Assembly: GCA_022646745.1 (NCBI GenBank)
Contig: CP060262.1
Coordinates: 240,001 to 272,000 of the forward strand
Length of the DNA: 32,000 nt
Direction: 5' to 3'
From: Planctomycetales bacterium
GTDB lineage: Bacteria; 4484-113; JAFGCY01
Shown: positions 1-8,973 of the stretch, piece by piece
How positions within the stretch are numbered: position 1 is the first letter of the stretch
How the letters are laid out: each line of letters starts with the position of its first letter
The notes under the pieces: generated by a model
Databases searched by the model: none
What the model was told of the DNA's origin: nothing
Seen by the model: only the letters and a program-made list of their open reading frames with translations
Position numbers and translations under genes: made by a program

Positions 1-1
1 T

Positions 2-1210
2 GACCAGGAACTGCGTGGCTACACCACCATCGCGGATTCCGTCTTTTCGGTGGGGAGTGGAATCGGCTTTGCCGACAACGCATTCGGCGGATACCACGAC
101 ACCGGCAGCGGCAGTGGTGTATGGATCGTGGTACGCGAAAGCCGCGATGGTCAGGTGGTGGCCCGCTACATCGAGAGTGAATCCGTTGCCGACAGCCTCG
201 TCGTGCACAACCCGGTCAGCGCCAGCACGATCTTCACCAAGTCCGCCCCGGTCGTGTTCCCTGATGACAGCATCTCCAGCTCGCACCTGCAGGGCTACCC
301 GACGGCGCTTGTGGGCAACATCGCGGCGGACCATGCCAGCTCCACCACGCAGTTCGTCGGCAGTGATGCCTATGTGCTGACCAACTTCTCCTGCCTGACT
401 GGCAACCTGAATGAGTACATGCTCGGCGGCATCGACACAAACGGCGTGATGGTGCTGAACCTGCTGGTGAAGGGACTGACCGGTGCGACCCAGTCCCTCG
501 TCGTGGAAGGCGTCGGCATGGCCACGATGGAATATAACCCGAACAGCTCGACGATCATGCTGCTCTATACCACCGGTGGCAGCACCACGCTGAACTACAG
601 GACATACAACGCTGGCTCCTGGACTGCCCCGTCGGTGCTCATCGGCGCCGGGCCGGAGATCAAGCGGATGGACAGCGCCCTGCGTGCTGACGGGGACTTC
701 GGCGTGATCGTTGCCAACGCCAGCGATAAGCTGCTGATGCTTGAGACGAGCTCCGGCTCCTGGCAGCCCTCAGTGGAGATCTATGACGGTGCGCTGACTG
801 TCATCACCTCGTTCATCGGCATGGACTATGACTCCACCAACGAGGCAGCGGTGGTTGTCAACCGTGAACCCGGCGGGATCTGGCTGGGCACCATCCCGGA
901 TGGCGGCAGTGTCAGCTGGGAGGAGGTCGATCCCCTGCTCAGCGCCAATGCCTACAGCCTCAACGTGGCGCATGACAGCTCTGACAACCCGGTGCTGGTC
1001 TACCTGCGCAGCAATACTTCCTTTGCAGATTCGGATCTGTACATCACGGAGAAGCTCGGCGGCAGCTGGGTGCCGGACCAGGCGCCTTCCGTCGTCAAGC
1101 TGCTGGGCATCCCGCTCGGCCTGACTCAGGACAGCGCTCGCAACATCATCATCGGTGGCGCAGACAAGGGTGCCACCCCCAAGGCGATCTGTGTCATCTA
1201 CTATGACTGA
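2..1210 (+). CDS. Large surface/secreted repeat protein, C-terminal part only (5' end lies upstream of the window); paralog of the C-terminal module of the next gene
   Basis: Frame 2 is open from nt 2, with no stop before the GTG at 50 used by the ORF track, so the gene enters the window in progress. The ~400 aa align by eye over their full length with residues ~790-1188 of the 1286..4852 product (SRDGQVVARY/SRDGEVFARL, SAPVVFPDD/SAPIVFPDN, IPDGGSVSWEE identical). Both end in CVIYYD. G-S-W blade-like motifs recur (NAGSWTAP, SSGSWQPS, LGGSWVPD). Confidence 0.8.
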   Translation, partial: DQELRGYTTIADSVFSVGSGIGFADNAFGGYHDTGSGSGVWIVVRESRDGQVVARYIESESVADSLVVHNPVSASTIFTKSAPVVFPDDSISSSHLQGYPTALVGNIAADHASSTTQFVGSDAYVLTNFSCLTGNLNEYMLGGIDTNGVMVLNLLVKGLTGATQSLVVEGVGMATMEYNPNSSTIMLLYTTGGSTTLNYRTYNAGSWTAPSVLIGAGPEIKRMDSALRADGDFGVIVANASDKLLMLETSSGSWQPSVEIYDGALTVITSFIGMDYDSTNEAAVVVNREPGGIWLGTIPDGGSVSWEEVDPLLSANAYSLNVAHDSSDNPVLVYLRSNTSFADSDLYITEKLGGSWVPDQAPSVVKLLGIPLGLTQDSARNIIIGGADKGATPKAICVIYYD

Positions 1211-1285
1211 ACCTAAACGGGCCTTTCGCCCGGCACCCAGGCAGGACTGCCGGATCCGGTAGGTCCACAGGGGACAGGAGTTCAA

Positions 1286-4200
1286 ATGGCTGAAACAAGA
1301 CTGACGGGCCGGCAGTTACTGGTCGTCCTGTTGCTGTCATTCGCATGTTCGTGCGGGGCCACCGGCAGCCTTCCCAGCAATCCGGACCAGTCAGCTCCCA
1401 TGCCCGGGGAAGGCCATGAGCTGCTGCCGGCAGGTCAGTTGCCACCGTTCCCGGACGGTTTCGTTGAACGTGAGTTTCCCGCAACCACGTCTGACTTCTT
1501 CAACACCCAGACCGGCAGGCAGGCCATCGCCCACGCGGATCCCGGAATCGTGTTTGACGGGGAATCGATGGTGATGGTGGCGGACAGCGGCGCTCCACTG
1601 CTCTATGGCATGTGGCGCTGGGGGCCGTTCAGCAACTTCTACCCGATCAAGGCGCTGCTTGATTTCGAGATCGCGGAGGGCAGCGAGTTCTACGTGCTGA
1701 GAGCGAACTATTCAACCAAGCGCTGGAACATCGTCGGGCCGCTGGACTCGGACTTCGCCAATGACGGCAGGCTGAATTATCCTGAGACTGGGTACATCAG
1801 CCCCCAGGGTTACTGCTACGTTGCGGTGCTGGTGGCCCCGGACACGGACATGACGGTGCACAGCGTGACCGTGCTATCAAATGACGACCTGACACCACCC
1901 ACGGTCCCGCAGAACCTGGTCGCCGACGAGATCACACCCGGAGCGGTATCGCTGAACTGGGACGACGTCACCGGTGACACCTCCCTGGATGGCTACAACA
2001 TCTACAGTGGCCCTTCTGCGGGCTTCCAGGCTGGGGACGCAGGCGTCGTCAAGTACAACGACTCGGTCGTCGAGGACAGTGAGTTCGTGGCCAGCGGGCT
2101 CGTGCCGGGGACCACATACCACTTCGCAGTCAGTGCGATTGACATCGTTGACAACGAGAGCCTGTACAGTGAATCGCTGGAGGTCCAGACCCTTGCCGAT
2201 GACGTTCCCGGTGCACCGACAGACCTGAATGCTGACTACGTCGGCTCAACCACCGCGGAATTCAGCTGGACCGCCCCGGGGGATGAGGACCTCGCGGGCT
2301 ACAACATCTACATCGGCTTTAGCGACGACTTCGAGCTGGCTGACGGCATCGTGCAGCAGGACGGCCTCTACCTCTGGGAAGCCGGCACCCGCGATGACCT
2401 GCAGCCGCTGACGCAGTACTGGGCAAGGGTCACCGCAGTTGACATCTACAACCAGGAGAGCCTGCCCAGCGGGAGCATCGGCTTCACGACCGTTGCCAAT
2501 GCAGAGCCGCAGGTGGACTGGATCAACACACCGGGATTCGTGCAGAAGAGCGTTGAGACGATCTTCGACCCGCGGCCGACCTATGACCCCGACAATGACA
2601 TCAGCCAGTTGGAGTTCGTCTGGGATTTTGACAATGATGACGTGGCTGACTTCACTTCCACCGGCCCCGAACTGGTCTACTGGACCTGGGATGAGCTGGG
2701 GGACTACCCGGTCAGCCTGACGGTCAGCGACCCGTTCAATACGGTTGAGCTGGTGCGCACGATCACCGTGAACCGGCATTTCAAGCGCTACAACTTCGGT
2801 TACGGAGATGGCTACTACGCGACCGTGAAGGAGGTTGCCACTGACCCTGCGAGTGGCACTGCCGCCGTGCTCGTCACGGATGAACTGGTGGAGTCGCAGG
2901 TCAAGTACTTCAACGGTTCCAGCTGGTCCACCATCGAGACTATCCCGGAGGGCGTGCGCTCCATCGCGGTCTCCTCCGGGGGCCTGTTCGCCCTGAGCGT
3001 GGAGACAGAGGCCACCGGGTTTGACTGGACGATCCGCAAATACAACGGCAGCTGGCAGGTTGTCAAGTCCGGCACGGTCTCATCAAGCCCCAATTCGCCG
3101 GCTGTCTATTATTCGCGCCTGGCGGCCTCAAGCGGCGGCAGACTCTCCGTTGCCATTGTCTGGGCCCCGGTCATCGAGGGCAACCCCACGATAACGCTGC
3201 GCCTGCTGGCCATCCACGAGAATGCGGATGGCAGCTTGTCGGAATCCGAGCTGTACAACGGCACCCGATCAGGTGATAGCTATGCCTGCAGCGCGATTGC
3301 CCGCGACGGGAATGCGACATTCATCCTTGACAACATCACGAACAACCCGGACCTCAACCTGTGGCGGATTGACGATTCAGGCAGCAGCCTGGTCCCGGCC
3401 GTGCAATCGGTCAGCGGCCTGATCATTGACATGCAGATGGGCTGCAAGCCGGGTGTTGCGGACCAGGTGCACTGGGTCGCGCTCAACGCCGCCGGGCGCT
3501 TCCATTACGGTGACAACTACGGCGCGCCGAACGGCGCCGGGCAGTACCATGATGCCGGTGCCGGAGAGTACGGCATGTCTGGCAGCGCCCCACTGGCTGA
3601 CAACGAAGGCATGTTCTACTGGACGAAGCGCGGAGCCGACGGGCTTGAAAGCATCGGCGGCTACAGTTCCACGACGAATACGGAACACAGCTTCGGCGCA
3701 GCACGGGGTTATGCATCGAGCGGCTGCGGCGCTTGGCATGCCGGTCCCTCTGGCAGCGGCATCCTCCTGGCGGTGAATGAGAGCAGGGACGGCGAGGTGT
3801 TCGCGCGGCTGCTGAACGAGGACCAGAACCTGGAAACCACCACCATGTATGAACCAGCCGGTGATGCCTCAGTATTCAGCAGGTCGGCACCGATCGTCTT
3901 CCCGGACAACACCATCTACAGCCTGCACCAGATGCGCTATCCCTCCATCCTGGTCGGCAGCATCCTGCCGACTGACGGCTCGAAGCACACCTTCTTCCAT
4001 GGCAATGACACCTACGTGGTGCCCAACGATGCATGCCACACGATGAACCCCGACGAATACATGGTGGCAACACAGATTGACGACGACAAGCTGCTTGTCA
4101 ACAGGATGATGCGCTGGCAGTCAGCGGGCGAGGAAAGCCTGTACATCACCGACGCCTGGCTGCCTGAAATCTGCTACAGCCCGGGCTCATCAGCCGTGAT

Positions 4201-4852
4201 GCTTGTCTATACCTCGGCGGACGGCCTGGACCTGCTGAGCCGCACCTGGGCACTCGGCAGCTGGGGCAGTGCGGTGCAGATTGCCAGCAGCGCCACGCCA
4301 ATCAAGCGCCTGAAGATGGCCCCGCGCCATGACGGCGAGTATGGACTGTGCTGGGCCAATGAAGGCAACCTGCTGATGTTCCAGGAAACGCAGGCCGGCG
4401 TGTGGGACAGCGCGGGCACGATCTACAACGGAGCGCTCAACCTGGTCACATCCTACGTTGGCATCGATTACAACATCAACAACCGTGCCGCAGTCGTGGC
4501 ACAGCGCGAGAGCGCCGGCATCTGGGTCGGCCTGATCCCTGATGGCGGCTCAGTCAGCTGGGAGGAAGCGGACCCGCTGGTCGGAGAGATCTCCTTCAGC
4601 CTCGGAGTGGCACATGGCAGCAGTCCGGACCCGATCATCCTCTACCAGAAGGACGTCAGTTTCCTGCTCAACTCCAAGCTGTACATCAATGAACGCATCA
4701 ACGGCAGCTGGGTCGCGCTCGGGGCTGCCCCGAGCGTTGACATCATTGGCATCCCGCTGGGTTTCGCAAAGGATTCGCTGGGCAATGTGATCGTAAGCGG
4801 CATGGATGCCACTGATCCCTTCCGGGCCCTGTGCGTAATCTATTATGACTAG
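1286..4852 (+). CDS. 1188-aa secreted, possibly lipidated, multidomain surface protein: unknown N-terminal domain, 2x fibronectin-III-like, 1x PKD-like, then beta-propeller-like repeat regions
   Basis: GGAG lies 7 nt upstream of the ATG. Signal peptide MAETRLTGRQLLVVLLLSFACSCG contains Cys. Fn3-like repeats: PPTVPQNLVADEITPGAVSLNWDDV...YNIYSG and PGAPTDLNADYVGSTTAEFSWTAP...YNIYIG. PKD-like repeat: FVWDFDNDDVADF...YPVSLTVSD. About 650 aa follow with recurring xGSW motifs (NGSSWST, YNGSWQV, LGSWGSA, INGSWVA). The C-terminal ~400 aa are paralogous to the preceding gene. Confidence 0.85.
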   Translation: MAETRLTGRQLLVVLLLSFACSCGATGSLPSNPDQSAPMPGEGHELLPAGQLPPFPDGFVEREFPATTSDFFNTQTGRQAIAHADPGIVFDGESMVMVADSGAPLLYGMWRWGPFSNFYPIKALLDFEIAEGSEFYVLRANYSTKRWNIVGPLDSDFANDGRLNYPETGYISPQGYCYVAVLVAPDTDMTVHSVTVLSNDDLTPPTVPQNLVADEITPGAVSLNWDDVTGDTSLDGYNIYSGPSAGFQAGDAGVVKYNDSVVEDSEFVASGLVPGTTYHFAVSAIDIVDNESLYSESLEVQTLADDVPGAPTDLNADYVGSTTAEFSWTAPGDEDLAGYNIYIGFSDDFELADGIVQQDGLYLWEAGTRDDLQPLTQYWARVTAVDIYNQESLPSGSIGFTTVANAEPQVDWINTPGFVQKSVETIFDPRPTYDPDNDISQLEFVWDFDNDDVADFTSTGPELVYWTWDELGDYPVSLTVSDPFNTVELVRTITVNRHFKRYNFGYGDGYYATVKEVATDPASGTAAVLVTDELVESQVKYFNGSSWSTIETIPEGVRSIAVSSGGLFALSVETEATGFDWTIRKYNGSWQVVKSGTVSSSPNSPAVYYSRLAASSGGRLSVAIVWAPVIEGNPTITLRLLAIHENADGSLSESELYNGTRSGDSYACSAIARDGNATFILDNITNNPDLNLWRIDDSGSSLVPAVQSVSGLIIDMQMGCKPGVADQVHWVALNAAGRFHYGDNYGAPNGAGQYHDAGAGEYGMSGSAPLADNEGMFYWTKRGADGLESIGGYSSTTNTEHSFGAARGYASSGCGAWHAGPSGSGILLAVNESRDGEVFARLLNEDQNLETTTMYEPAGDASVFSRSAPIVFPDNTIYSLHQMRYPSILVGSILPTDGSKHTFFHGNDTYVVPNDACHTMNPDEYMVATQIDDDKLLVNRMMRWQSAGEESLYITDAWLPEICYSPGSSAVMLVYTSADGLDLLSRTWALGSWGSAVQIASSATPIKRLKMAPRHDGEYGLCWANEGNLLMFQETQAGVWDSAGTIYNGALNLVTSYVGIDYNINNRAAVVAQRESAGIWVGLIPDGGSVSWEEADPLVGEISFSLGVAHGSSPDPIILYQKDVSFLLNSKLYINERINGSWVALGAAPSVDIIGIPLGFAKDSLGNVIVSGMDATDPFRALCVIYYD

Positions 4853-4876
4853 GATGAAACTGGGCTGGACGACACG

Positions 4877-5365
4877 ATGAGGATCGCCGGGATAGACCCC
4901 GGTTACCACCGCTGTGGCTGGGCCGTGCTGGAGATCGCCAATGGCGGCGGGATGCTGCACGGCAGCGGCACAATCGTGGCGGAGGCCGGGCAGGAGATGG
5001 CACAGCGCCTGCACCTGATCGCAGAAGGCATTGACCAGCTGATCAGCCTGTGGCAACCTGATGTGATGGCAGTCGAGGAGCTGTTCTTCGTCAAGAACGT
5101 CAAGACCGGGATCGGGGTGGCCCAGGCCCGCGGCGTGGTGCTGCAGCGTGCGGCCGCGGCAGGCATCCGCGTGCATGAATACCCGCCGAGCATGATCAAG
5201 AGCCAGCTCACCGGCAGTGGCAACGCTGACAAGAAGCAGGTGGAGTACATGGTGCGCCGCCTGTTCGACCTGCCGGAGGACAACCAGCTTGACGACGAGC
5301 TGGATGCCATCGCCGTCGCCGTCTGCCAGGCTATGCGCAGCGGGATCCCGGAGCAGCTGCGTTGA
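4877..5365 (+). CDS. ruvC: Crossover junction endodeoxyribonuclease RuvC
   Basis: MRIAGIDPGYHRCGWAVLE N-terminus, AVEELFF and DAIAVAV acidic motifs, 162 aa, followed by ruvA. Confidence 0.9.
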   Translation: MRIAGIDPGYHRCGWAVLEIANGGGMLHGSGTIVAEAGQEMAQRLHLIAEGIDQLISLWQPDVMAVEELFFVKNVKTGIGVAQARGVVLQRAAAAGIRVHEYPPSMIKSQLTGSGNADKKQVEYMVRRLFDLPEDNQLDDELDAIAVAVCQAMRSGIPEQLR

Positions 5366-5967
5366 TTGCATCCCTGCACGGAACGGTGGCTGACATCCCT
5401 GCGGATGGAATCGTACACCTCAGCTGTGGCCCCGTCACGCTTGAGCTGCACATGCCCGGCTCGCAGGCCATCCGCCTGCACGCCGGTGAGAGCCTGAGGC
5501 TGTACACGCACTTCCACTTCAGCAGCAGTGCCGACATGATGCGCCTGTATGCCTTCCAGCGCAGCGATGAGCGCGACCTGTTCGTGCTGCTGCTCAGCGG
5601 CAGCGGGGTCGGGCCGCGCGTGGCGCTGAGCCTGATGGACATCGGCTTCGGAGCACTTGCACGGGCCATCATCGATGCGGATGAGAAGACCCTGTCATCC
5701 GCCAGCGGTGTGGGCAAGAAGCTGGCGCAGAAGATCGGCGTGGAACTGGCGGACAAGGTCTCGAAGCGCTTCGGGCAGGTCGCTGCCGAAGGCACGGCTG
5801 CTGCAAGCCGGATTGATGACGAAAGCGAACAGGCACTTGAGGCGATCTGCGCACTGGGCTTCACGAGGGCCCAGGCAGAGGACAGCCTCGCTGCGGTGCT
5901 GGATGACGGCAAGGCTGAGACCGCGGTGCTGGTGCGCCGCATGCTGGCCTGGCTGTCAAGGAACTGA
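5362..5967 (+). CDS. ruvA: Holliday junction branch migration complex subunit RuvA
   Basis: TTG start overlaps the ruvC stop (tTGA). N-terminus MIASLHGTV. Two helix-hairpin-helix motifs (GVGPRVALSL, GVGKKLAQKI). 201 aa. Confidence 0.88.
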   Translation: MIASLHGTVADIPADGIVHLSCGPVTLELHMPGSQAIRLHAGESLRLYTHFHFSSSADMMRLYAFQRSDERDLFVLLLSGSGVGPRVALSLMDIGFGALARAIIDADEKTLSSASGVGKKLAQKIGVELADKVSKRFGQVAAEGTAAASRIDDESEQALEAICALGFTRAQAEDSLAAVLDDGKAETAVLVRRMLAWLSRN

Positions 5968-5982
5968 TGCAGGAGATGACGG

Positions 5983-6579
5983 ATGCGCTGCGAACACTGT
6001 GAAGCACAGAACCCTGAGGATGCGATGTTCTGCGGAGAGTGCGGCCACCGCCTTGGCCCGCAGCTGCCCCCGGCCCAGGATGCACCGCCCCCGCCCCCGG
6101 TCGCGCCACCAGCGCCCCAGCCGGATGCCCAGGGCAACTACGGCACCGGAGCAGCCGGACCGGCCATGCCGCCACCATCAGCGGGGCAGTATGTCCAGCA
6201 CACCAATACGAGCGGCAGCGGGCCGCAGGCCATCCTGCCGGATGAGGCAAACGGCTGGACCTTCGCCGGTTGCCTGCCATTCGGGATCTTCGGCTTCAGC
6301 CACAATGTGGTGGGCTGGGGTTTGGTCGGTTGTATCGGGGTGCTGATCCCACCGCTGCACTGGCTGTACTTCTTCGTGATGGGGGCCAGTGGCAAGCAGA
6401 TCGCCTGGAAACACAGGCGCTTCGCAGACATCGAAAGTTACCGCAGTACGATGCAGATCTGGAACATCGCCGGCATCGCCTGGCTGGTGATCACATTGCT
6501 TTACTGGGGCCTCGTGGGCGTGGCATCCAGCCTGAACCCTGACTCGGCCGCCGGCGCGCTCTTCAGGGAGCTGCAGTAA
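5983..6579 (+). CDS. Zinc-ribbon membrane protein (N-terminal CxxC..CxxC ribbon, Pro-rich linker, C-terminal transmembrane domain), function unknown
   Basis: AGGAG lies 7 nt upstream of the ATG. MRCEHCEAQNPEDAMFCGECGHRL is a 4-Cys zinc ribbon. The linker is PPAQDAPPPPPVAPPAPQP. Hydrophobic segments include FAGCLPFGIFGF, GLVGCIGVLIPPLHWLYFFV and IAGIAWLVITLLYWGLVGV. Confidence 0.7.
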   Translation: MRCEHCEAQNPEDAMFCGECGHRLGPQLPPAQDAPPPPPVAPPAPQPDAQGNYGTGAAGPAMPPPSAGQYVQHTNTSGSGPQAILPDEANGWTFAGCLPFGIFGFSHNVVGWGLVGCIGVLIPPLHWLYFFVMGASGKQIAWKHRRFADIESYRSTMQIWNIAGIAWLVITLLYWGLVGVASSLNPDSAAGALFRELQ

Positions 6580-6634
6580 TTGAGAAAGCCCGGAATTTAC
6601 CGGATATCACGCAATCCCGATTATGAATATTAGA

Positions 6635-6651
6635 ATGACTGGACCAGTCAT
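6635..6651. promoter_or_regulatory. Perfect 8-1-8 palindrome ATGACTGG-A-CCAGTCAT in the AT-rich spacer upstream of the PBP1A gene; candidate operator
   Basis: Read directly. The two arms are exact reverse complements. The palindrome overlaps a TAGAAT -10-like hexamer (6631..6636) and lies 26 nt upstream of the ATG at 6677. Confidence 0.3.
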
Positions 6652-6676
6652 CATTCCCTGGTGGTAGGGAGCGTAC

Positions 6677-8953
6677 ATGGCAAGCAGGAAGAGAGTTAAA
6701 AATACTGGTACGGGCGGCCGCAGCCGCTTCGGCCGCGTGATCAGCATCATCAACACAGTTACCTGGCTGCTTGTGCTCGGCAGCCTGCTGATGGTGCTCA
6801 GCGGACTGCTGAAGTTCCGCAGCGCCTACTTCGACGTGCGGGATGACATGCACGACCTGGTCAGCACCGATGTGACGGACAGCCAGGCCACGCGGGTTTA
6901 TGCCCGCGATTACGACCCGACCACGGGGGAAGGCACCCTGCTGGGCATCGTGGCTGAAGAGAACCGCAAAGACGTCGACTACTACGAGCTGCCGCCGATG
7001 CTGGTGGCCTGCCTGCTGTCCACCGAGGACCACCGCTTCTTCCGCCACCATGGCGTGGATGTGCTCGGTACCGGCCGCGCGATCGCCAAGGGCGTGATGA
7101 GCAACAGCGACATCCGCGGTACGTCAACCATCACCCAACAGCTGGCCCGCAACGTCTACCTCGCCAACATCAAGAGCGAGAAGACAATGAACCGCAAGGC
7201 GCAGGAGGCCGTGCTGGCGCTGGAGCTTGAGCAGCAGCTGACCAAGCAGGAGATCATCGAGCGCTACCTGAACCACATCTACCTCGGCAACCATTCCTAC
7301 GGCGTGAAGGCCGCCGCCGAGAACTACTTCGGCAAGGACCTGAACGAACTCAGCCTGGCGGAATGCGCCCTGCTGGCCGGACTGCCGCAGCAGCCGAGCG
7401 CCTACAACCCGGCTGACCCGGAAAAGCAGAAGTTCGCCAAGGAGCGCCGCAATACGGTGCTGAGCCTGCTGGAATCCCGCCTCGATGAGGGCTTCATCGA
7501 GGAACTGCAGGCTGAGGACCCGGAGAAGTTCGGCGACCTCGACCTGACGCATGGGCGCGTGCAGGAGGCGATGCAATCCCCGATCGAAGTCAGCGTGAAG
7601 CGTGGCTCCAACCGCCTGCGCTTCCCCTACTTCACCACCTATGTGATTGACAACGTGCTGGAGGAGCGCTACAAGCGCGAGAACGTGCGCCGCGAAGGCA
7701 TGACCGTGGTCACGACTCTCGACCCGCAATACCAGGCCTGGGCGGAGGAAATCGTCAAGGAAAAGGTTGACAAGCAGCGCAAGAGCCAGAACGTCAGCCA
7801 GGCTGTGCTGATGCTGCTGGATGCGAAGACCGGTGAGGTACTTGCCAATGTCGGCGGCTACGAATGGGGCCAGCCCAACCGCTTCGGTGAACCGGACAGC
7901 TTCAACCGTGGCTTCCTGATGCGCCGCCAGGTCGGCAGCTCCTTCAAGCCCTTCACCTATGCCACTGCATACGAGCAGGGGATCAGCCCCAGCGCGCTGA
8001 TCTGGGACGGACCGAACAAGGAAATCAGCGCCCAGCTCAAGAAGGAGTGGCCGAAGAACTCGGACCACACTTATCGAGGCTGGATCAGCGTTGCCAGCGC
8101 CCTGCAGTACTCACGCAATGCAGCGGCGGTGGACCTGCTGCATAACTTCTGCGGTGAGGAAAGCGTGATCAACACCTGCCGCAAACTCGGCATCGAAGCG
8201 GAACTGGAGCCGGTGCCGGCCCTGACGCTCGGCGTGCATGACATCAAGCCGATAGAAATGGCGGAAGCCTACACGGTGTTCCCCAACATGGGAACGCATA
8301 TCCAGCATGAGGTGATCCGCCAGGTTTACAACCAGAACGGATTCAAGATCGAGGACAACGTCAGCTCCGGAGCAGTTGAGCGGCGCAGCAATGAGGCCCT
8401 GACCCAGAACACCGCCTGGATCATGGTCAATAACATGATGCGTGTCGTCAATGCCGGAACTGGTACCAGGGCGAAACTCAGCAGTTTCGATGTCGGCGGC
8501 AAGACAGGAACCTGCGACGATTTCAAGGATGCCTGGTTCGTGGGCTACACACCTGAGTTGATCTGCGCGGTCTGGGTTGGCAATGACGACCATGCTGTGG
8601 AAATGAAGCGGATGTTCGGCGGCAGCCTGCCGGCGGAAATCTGGCATGACTTCATGGTCAAGGTGCTGACACCGGTCAATGAGAAACTCGACGAGAATGG
8701 CAATGTGGTCCAGGCTGCCTATACTCCACGTTATTCAGAAAAGAAGTTCGTCAAACCGCAGGGTGCGACGTTCAATGGCTTTGCCGGTCTTTCCTACGGA
8801 GCGGATCTGATCAAGACCGAGGAAGGCGAGTGGATCAACGAGGCTGAGCAGAAGGAACGCGAGGAGAAGGCCGCCCAAGAGAACCAGGCCCTGCCTGATG
8901 AGTTCTACACGCCCTGGGAGCCCGGCCAGGACCTCGGCGGCAGCATCTTCTAG
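6677..8953 (+). CDS. mrcA: Class A penicillin-binding protein (bifunctional glycosyltransferase/transpeptidase, PBP1A type)
   Basis: GGGAG SD. N-terminal TM anchor. GT51 motifs EDHRFFRHHGVD, GTSTITQQLARN and RKAQEA. Transpeptidase motifs SSFKP (SxxK), SRN (SxN) and KTGT. Confidence 0.92.
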   Translation: MASRKRVKNTGTGGRSRFGRVISIINTVTWLLVLGSLLMVLSGLLKFRSAYFDVRDDMHDLVSTDVTDSQATRVYARDYDPTTGEGTLLGIVAEENRKDVDYYELPPMLVACLLSTEDHRFFRHHGVDVLGTGRAIAKGVMSNSDIRGTSTITQQLARNVYLANIKSEKTMNRKAQEAVLALELEQQLTKQEIIERYLNHIYLGNHSYGVKAAAENYFGKDLNELSLAECALLAGLPQQPSAYNPADPEKQKFAKERRNTVLSLLESRLDEGFIEELQAEDPEKFGDLDLTHGRVQEAMQSPIEVSVKRGSNRLRFPYFTTYVIDNVLEERYKRENVRREGMTVVTTLDPQYQAWAEEIVKEKVDKQRKSQNVSQAVLMLLDAKTGEVLANVGGYEWGQPNRFGEPDSFNRGFLMRRQVGSSFKPFTYATAYEQGISPSALIWDGPNKEISAQLKKEWPKNSDHTYRGWISVASALQYSRNAAAVDLLHNFCGEESVINTCRKLGIEAELEPVPALTLGVHDIKPIEMAEAYTVFPNMGTHIQHEVIRQVYNQNGFKIEDNVSSGAVERRSNEALTQNTAWIMVNNMMRVVNAGTGTRAKLSSFDVGGKTGTCDDFKDAWFVGYTPELICAVWVGNDDHAVEMKRMFGGSLPAEIWHDFMVKVLTPVNEKLDENGNVVQAAYTPRYSEKKFVKPQGATFNGFAGLSYGADLIKTEEGEWINEAEQKEREEKAAQENQALPDEFYTPWEPGQDLGGSIF

Positions 8954-8973
8954 CTGGGGATATTTCGATAACG

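Noticed and set aside
4877-5967. ruvC-ruvA is not followed by ruvB.
   Set aside because: Separation of ruvB from ruvA occurs in various bacteria. By itself it is not evidence of anything unusual.
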